From an uncultured virus (IMG/VR IMGVR_UViG_3300042878_001709) (taxonomy: Duplodnaviria > Heunggongvirae > Uroviricota > Caudoviricetes): 64,000 nucleotides of DNA. This document shows positions 59,052 to 64,000 of this stretch, piece by piece; positions within the stretch are counted from its first letter, which is position 1, and every line of letters starts with the position of its first letter. The position numbers and the translations under genes are program-made. Location of the stretch: positions 62,001 to 126,000 of the IMG/VR virus record IMGVR_UViG_3300042878_001709; one strand, 5' to 3'. The notes beneath the pieces were generated by a model that was not told the origin of the DNA, made no database searches, and saw only the letters and a list, made by a program, of their open reading frames with translations.

Positions 59052-59059
59052 ATATTTAT
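59052..59059 (+). promoter_or_regulatory. putative late promoter ATATTTAT
   Basis: 5 nt before ATG 59065. Confidence 0.6.
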
Positions 59060-59064
59060 ATTAT

Positions 59065-59433
59065 ATGGAATTTTTTATCAACAAAAATAGTACATTACCA
59101 AAACTAAAAATGGAATTAGTTAATGATGGTAGAAATGATTTTCGTAAATTTTATGAAAAAATACAAAATGCTACCATAACATTTACTATGTACAATGTAG
59201 AATCAAAAGTTAAAAAGATTTCATGTTCACCATCATACATAGAAATGTCGGTTGCCAATGATTGCGAAAATAGTGAAACTCCAACATATTTTATAACATA
59301 TAAGTTTACAGAACAACAAACAAATAAGTCTGGAAGATATAATGGGTACTTTACAATTAATTTTCTAGATGGTACAGGTACATTAATCGCACCTATTAGA
59401 GACGAATTATTTATAAATGTTTTAGATAATTGA
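59065..59433 (+). CDS. BppU N-terminal-like Ig-fold baseplate protein
   Basis: F.I.KN.TLP.L.MEL...ATITFTM...Y.F....T...G.Y.G.F.I.F..G..L..P....L.I.V pattern. Confidence 0.6.
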   Translation: MEFFINKNSTLPKLKMELVNDGRNDFRKFYEKIQNATITFTMYNVESKVKKISCSPSYIEMSVANDCENSETPTYFITYKFTEQQTNKSGRYNGYFTINFLDGTGTLIAPIRDELFINVLDN

Positions 59434-59460
59434 TATATTAAAAATAATTTAGTATATTTG
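59429..59460 (+). promoter_or_regulatory. Bacteroidota-type promoter for DNA polymerase
   Basis: ATTG-N20-TATATTTG (59453-59460). Confidence 0.6.
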
Positions 59461-59488
59461 TATTTAAAAAGTTTTTAATAAATAAATT

Positions 59489-62314
59489 ATGCTTGCTTCA
59501 GTAGATGACATTAAAGAATATTTAGAGGGTTACGATGAACAAAAATATATAGTAGGTGTTGAATCGTCTTACTATGAAAACAAAGTTTATCTTATCATAC
59601 ACGATCCAGAAAATGGTAAACGTATAGAAAAACATAAGTTCACTCCTTTCTTATGGATGAAGAGTATTGACTTAAGTAAGCTATATGGTGGAGATAGAAG
59701 GGAAATTAGAAACAAAATCAAAGAATATAAAATTAAGTTTATACCATTATCAATAAAAGATGAAAATGATGATACAGTATCACGTTTAGAAAATGGTTAT
59801 AAATTTTTAGTTAGATCAAGAGGTACTTATGGGGATTTATTAAATTTTTTCAAAAAGGGAAAGATGGATATATTCTCAGAAGAAAATAGAAGTAATTTTT
59901 TAGCTATCAGTCCTACTGAACAATTTTTAATACAATCAGGTAAAAGACTTTTTAAGGGGATGGATGAATATGATGATGTGCATAGATTTTCATTTGACTT
60001 AGAAACAACTGGATTAGACCCTAAAACTTGTAGGATCTTTCAGGTTGGTATGAAGGATAATAGAGATTTCCAACATGTACTTTCTATAAATGGAGATACA
60101 GAAGAAGAAATAAACGATAGAGAAGCAGAAGCAATAACAACATTTTTTAAAGTTATTAACCATCTTAAACCAGCAATTATATCTGGATATAATTCAGAGA
60201 ACTTTGACTGGTATTTTATAGTTGAGAGATGTAGGATATTAGGTATTGATATTACAAAAATTGCCAAGACATTAGGAAGTATCCCATTTTATAGAAAAAC
60301 TCAAACACTTAAAATGGGTCCTGAAATGGAACATTATGAACAGACACATATGTGGGGGTATAATATTATGGATGTATATCACGCAGTTAGAAGGGCACAA
60401 GCGATTAATTCTTCTATTAAAGAGGCAGGATTAAAATATATTACAAAATACTCCAATGTGGCAAAATCAAATCGAGTTTATATACAAGGTGATAAGTTAG
60501 GTAAGATATATGGAGATACTGAAAATGATTATTGGTTAGACGATAGTAATGGTGAATGGGGTAAAGTTATAGATGATATATTACCAGAAAATACTATTAA
60601 AGTTAAAGGTTGTGATATTGTAGAGAGATATCTTATAGATGACTTATGGGAAACAGAAAAGGTAGATAATATTTTCAATCAAGCAACTTTTCTTTTATCT
60701 AAAGTTTTACCAACATCATTTATGAGATCATCCACAATGGGTACTGCGGCAACATGGAAATTACTTATGTTAGGGTGGTATTATAGAAGTGGTATTGCAA
60801 TCCCACATACTATGCCATCTAAAGGGTTTATAGGTGGTTTATCTAGATTATTAGAAGTAGGTTTTAGTCAAAATGTAGTTAAATTTGACTTTGCTTCCCT
60901 ATACCCATCTATTCAGTTGACACATAATGTATTTACTGATTGTGATGTTATGGGTGCAATGAGAGGGTTATTACAATATAACTATGACTATAGAAATCTT
61001 TATAAAGAATTAAAGAAGAAATATGAGGTTGAGGGTGATTCAGAAAAATCTTCATATTATGATAAAAAACAATTACCGCTTAAAATTCTTAATAATGGAA
61101 TGTTCGGTTCTATTTCTGCGCCAAACGTTTATCCTTGGGGTGATTCAGATATGGGTGAAAAAATTACATGTACAGGTAGACAATATCTGAGACATATGAT
61201 TAGATTTTTCGCATCAAAAGGATTTAAACCATTAGTGGGTGATACAGATGGATTCAACTTCTCTGTACCAAACGATGTAGATAGATATGTTTATACGTCA
61301 AATGGTAATCATCATTTCAATAAATTAGGTAAAACATATAAAGGAATGTCTGCAGTAGTTTCTGAATATAATGATAAATATATGAAAGGTGTGATGGGAT
61401 TAGATGTAGATGAAATATGTTCCGCAACTATTAACTTAGCAAGAAAAAATTACGCAGATTTAATAGATGGTAAAGTTAAATTAGTGGGTAACTCTATTAA
61501 GTCTAAAAAAATGCCAGTTTATATTTCTGAATTTATCGATAAAGGTATCAGACTTCTTTTAGATGGTAACGGATTAGAATTTGTGACAGAATATTATGAA
61601 ACAATAGAAATGATTTATAATCAAGAAATACCACTTTCTAAAATTGCCAATAAATCTAGAGTAAGGATATCTTTAGATGAGTACAAAAAGAAAATGAAAA
61701 CCACAAATAAATCTGGTGGGTCGATGGCTAGACAAGCTCATATGGAATTAATTATTAATGAAAATTTAAATGTTAATTTAGGCGACACAATTTATTATGT
61801 AAATACAGGTAGTAAAAAATCACATGGAGATGTTCAGACAAAGGCACATAGTAAATTTACTAAAAAAGAAACTGAACTTTATTATATTAATAATGGTAAG
61901 ATGCCTGAACCCTCAAAAGTGGATATTGTTGTAAATTGTAGATATATACCAAATAATCTTTTAGAAAATGATCCAAATGCGACAGGTGAATACAATGTAG
62001 AAAGATATTTAGATGCGTTCAATAAAAGAGTAAAACCATTATTAGTATGTTTCGATCCCTCTGTTAGGGAAGATATAATGATAACATCACCATTAGAAAG
62101 AAAGTATTTTACTGCACAAGAATTAACTTTAACATCAGGTAAACCATTTAACGAAAGTGATCAAGATAAATTAATAGATTTATTAACTATAACTGATGAA
62201 GAATTAGAATTCTGGAACCGTATAGGTATATCTCCTACATATATGTTCGAGGACTATGGAATTGCAGATGAATTCTCATATGACGTAAAGACCCAAAGGT
62301 CGATAAGTCAATGA
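59489..62314 (+). CDS. DNA polymerase family B
   Basis: Exo I FDLETTG, Exo II GYNSENFDW, region II DFASLYPS, region III KILNNGMFG, region I GDTDG, KNY. Confidence 0.96.
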   Translation: MLASVDDIKEYLEGYDEQKYIVGVESSYYENKVYLIIHDPENGKRIEKHKFTPFLWMKSIDLSKLYGGDRREIRNKIKEYKIKFIPLSIKDENDDTVSRLENGYKFLVRSRGTYGDLLNFFKKGKMDIFSEENRSNFLAISPTEQFLIQSGKRLFKGMDEYDDVHRFSFDLETTGLDPKTCRIFQVGMKDNRDFQHVLSINGDTEEEINDREAEAITTFFKVINHLKPAIISGYNSENFDWYFIVERCRILGIDITKIAKTLGSIPFYRKTQTLKMGPEMEHYEQTHMWGYNIMDVYHAVRRAQAINSSIKEAGLKYITKYSNVAKSNRVYIQGDKLGKIYGDTENDYWLDDSNGEWGKVIDDILPENTIKVKGCDIVERYLIDDLWETEKVDNIFNQATFLLSKVLPTSFMRSSTMGTAATWKLLMLGWYYRSGIAIPHTMPSKGFIGGLSRLLEVGFSQNVVKFDFASLYPSIQLTHNVFTDCDVMGAMRGLLQYNYDYRNLYKELKKKYEVEGDSEKSSYYDKKQLPLKILNNGMFGSISAPNVYPWGDSDMGEKITCTGRQYLRHMIRFFASKGFKPLVGDTDGFNFSVPNDVDRYVYTSNGNHHFNKLGKTYKGMSAVVSEYNDKYMKGVMGLDVDEICSATINLARKNYADLIDGKVKLVGNSIKSKKMPVYISEFIDKGIRLLLDGNGLEFVTEYYETIEMIYNQEIPLSKIANKSRVRISLDEYKKKMKTTNKSGGSMARQAHMELIINENLNVNLGDTIYYVNTGSKKSHGDVQTKAHSKFTKKETELYYINNGKMPEPSKVDIVVNCRYIPNNLLENDPNATGEYNVERYLDAFNKRVKPLLVCFDPSVREDIMITSPLERKYFTAQELTLTSGKPFNESDQDKLIDLLTITDEELEFWNRIGISPTYMFEDYGIADEFSYDVKTQRSISQ

Positions 62315-63418
62315 TTTGTTTAAATTTTCTGCCTCTAAAGCTTTATTCTCCAATTGTTTTACGTTAGATAATCTTTCTAATCTTAAATCCAATTGTTCTA
62401 ATAACTTTAATTGTTCTTCTTTACCTTCATTAAGTAAACTATCAAAATCCATAGTTAACTCAGCGTCTGGTACTTTTAATGCTCCACTAAATTTACCTCT
62501 TACTCTACCTAAAGATTCTTTAAATAATGCAGTTAAATATCTTCTAACCCAAATCTTTGTAGGTTCATTTAAATCAGAGTATCTTAATTTAGATAATGGT
62601 ACATCATTAGGTAATTTTATAATGTCAGAGTTTTCTGCTAAACATTTATCTCTATCATCTCCCGATTCATAGTAGTGGTACCAAACTTTTGTACCCGATA
62701 TCCCTAATTGCCCACCTTGTAAACCTGCAGATGCAAAAGATATTCTACTACCAGGTATCGGCATAAGATGTAATAATCTAGTACCATTAGGTCCTGCAGT
62801 AACTTTATAAGATAACTCACTTCTTAATAATTTAGATTTTAAACTAAAATCAGCTGCCCTAAGTAATACATCAAAAGCGGGTGCTACATAAAATCCACCA
62901 TTACCTAATCCACCACCTTGTCCCCAACCAGCGTAAGGTACTTGACCAAAACCACCACCAAAACCATAATCACCAAATCCCGCAAATGAATATAGAGCGT
63001 GATTAGTAGAGTTTGGGGTTAACCATAATATTTCATTTATTTCTCTTCCTGCAGGTATCTGATAAACTTGTTGGTTCCTTATGATAGTCACATAATCTTT
63101 CTTTAGTTCCCAAGGACCTCTTTGTTGTAACCCTACTTGTTTAGAATACGCATAAGAAAAATTACTTTCAAAATCCAATGATCTTGTTGTCAATGCGAAT
63201 GCAATATCAATTTTATCTGCTTGTTTCCCTAATACTGAAGACCATTGGTTTTCTATCAACCAATCTTGTACTCTTTGAGCATAATCCTCAATTGCGGTTT
63301 CTAAAAGGGAATTCATCTGATCCCAATCTAACTCAATTTTTCGAATTGGTGCACCTAATCTATGTTTTATTTGAGTAAATAATTCATTTTTTAAGTCATC
63401 ATTTAAATAATTTGGCAT
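62276..63418 (-). CDS. neck/head-completion protein (T4 gp13-like)
   Basis: RLGAPIRKIEL...Q...LE.AI; WVRRY..ALFKESLGRVRGKF...VP..ELTMD...LL.EG.EE. Confidence 0.8.
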   Translation of the reverse strand: MPNYLNDDLKNELFTQIKHRLGAPIRKIELDWDQMNSLLETAIEDYAQRVQDWLIENQWSSVLGKQADKIDIAFALTTRSLDFESNFSYAYSKQVGLQQRGPWELKKDYVTIIRNQQVYQIPAGREINEILWLTPNSTNHALYSFAGFGDYGFGGGFGQVPYAGWGQGGGLGNGGFYVAPAFDVLLRAADFSLKSKLLRSELSYKVTAGPNGTRLLHLMPIPGSRISFASAGLQGGQLGISGTKVWYHYYESGDDRDKCLAENSDIIKLPNDVPLSKLRYSDLNEPTKIWVRRYLTALFKESLGRVRGKFSGALKVPDAELTMDFDSLLNEGKEEQLKLLEQLDLRLERLSNVKQLENKALEAENLNKSLTYRPLGLYVI

Positions 63419-63425
63419 AACTGAT

Positions 63426-63443
63426 ATATTTATTAATAAATAT
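63426..63443. promoter_or_regulatory. 18 bp perfect palindrome made of two late-promoter motifs
   Basis: ATATTTATTAATAAATAT between the divergent neck and ferritin-like genes. Confidence 0.75.
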
Positions 63444-63473
63444 CTAATAATTGATAAATGTAAAGTAAAAAAT

Positions 63474-63845
63474 ATGAAAGAGGAACTAGTAATAAAATTT
63501 GTCGGAATGCAACAACAGTTTAGAGTATTACATTGGCAAACTAAATCATATGCAAAACATAATGCCTATGGTAGTATTTATGATTCATTAGACGATTTAA
63601 TCGATGGATTTATCGAAACGTATATGGGTAAATATGGTAGAGTATCTTTTGAAAGTGGTGAGGGTAACATTATATTAAAAAATACTGATACATTAGATTT
63701 AAATTCATTTATAAAAGAAAATATTTCTTGGTTAAAGAGTTTGAGTGAAAAACTTAATTCCGAAAACGATAGTGACCTTTTAAATATGAGAGATGAAGTT
63801 ATGGCTGAATTAAATAAATTAAGATACTTGTTGTCGTTAAAATAA
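63474..63845 (+). CDS. ferritin/Dps-like four-helix protein (DUF5856-like)
   Basis: LHWQTKSYAKHNA....YD.L.DLID.FIE.Y.GKYGR; DLLNMRDE....NK..YLL. Confidence 0.8.
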   Translation: MKEELVIKFVGMQQQFRVLHWQTKSYAKHNAYGSIYDSLDDLIDGFIETYMGKYGRVSFESGEGNIILKNTDTLDLNSFIKENISWLKSLSEKLNSENDSDLLNMRDEVMAELNKLRYLLSLK

Positions 63846-64000
63846 TGAAATTTGGTGATATCATAAAGGAATCTTATACAAATGAATTAGGTGATCCCCT
63901 TAATGGTAGAGATAATGCTTGTATGTCATCACTACATAAGGCACAACAATTACTGATAGACGCTTTAAGGTTAATTGAAAACGCTTATCAGGAATGCGAT
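63845..64000 (+). CDS. hypothetical protein, 3'-truncated by window edge
   Basis: TAATG coupling; MKFGDIIKES... stays open to the end of the window. Confidence 0.6.
   Translation, partial: MKFGDIIKESYTNELGDPLNGRDNACMSSLHKAQQLLIDALRLIENAYQECD

Noticed and set aside
59489..62314. Intein or intron in DNA polymerase, terminase or thyA
   Set aside because: No C/S...HN splice junctions, LAGLIDADG motifs or frame breaks seen; lengths are explained by short insertions
346..63378. Numerous 60-160 aa antisense or alternate-frame ORFs in the track (e.g. 5198-5491, 6239-6598, 34661-35137, 49964-52855 set, 62316-62672)
   Set aside because: They lie wholly within well-supported genes and show the Ser/Leu/Phe-rich or repeat-shadow composition of non-coding frames
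1..64000. Alternative genetic code, tRNA genes, or eukaryotic giant-virus origin (suggested by SET, GT92 and LCIB)
   Set aside because: Core genes are uninterrupted in the standard code, no cloverleaf was seen in the short intergenic gaps, and the gp17/gp20/gp21/gp23 module with bacterial promoters and terminators indicates a tailed phage

Overview
AT-rich 64 kb segment of a large T4-related (myovirus-type) dsDNA phage. The host is probably Bacteroidota, judged from TTTG-N19-20-TAnnTTTG promoters and A-rich start regions with no Shine-Dalgarno. Contents in order: a partial DNA methyltransferase, a KTSC protein and thymidylate synthase; a late block of putative internal-head proteins; the head module (terminase large subunit, portal, prohead protease, scaffold, gp23-like major capsid); a minus-strand baseplate/spike block and a gp55-like sigma factor; a 12 kb sugar and nucleotide module (about 7 glycosyltransferase-like genes, aminotransferase, acetyltransferase, PhoH, SET, dUTPase); two OmpA-like paralogues; a 2030 aa SHAEG-repeat fibre with an autocleaving chaperone; accessory tail genes; family B DNA polymerase; a neck protein; and a ferritin-like protein. 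The most notable observations are: (1) an LCIB/theta-type carbonic anhydrase domain inside the tail-fibre block; (2) a shared [ILV]xE propeptide and scaffold-like helix on many late proteins, suggesting a capsid cargo-loading system; (3) a late promoter ATATTTAT, which is the reverse complement of the T4 late box; (4) a TTT-TAA +1 frameshift candidate; (5) a membrane-protein gene enclosed by a 12 bp inverted repeat. All product calls come from motif recognition by eye; no searches were run. No tRNA, rRNA, CRISPR array or transposase was seen.
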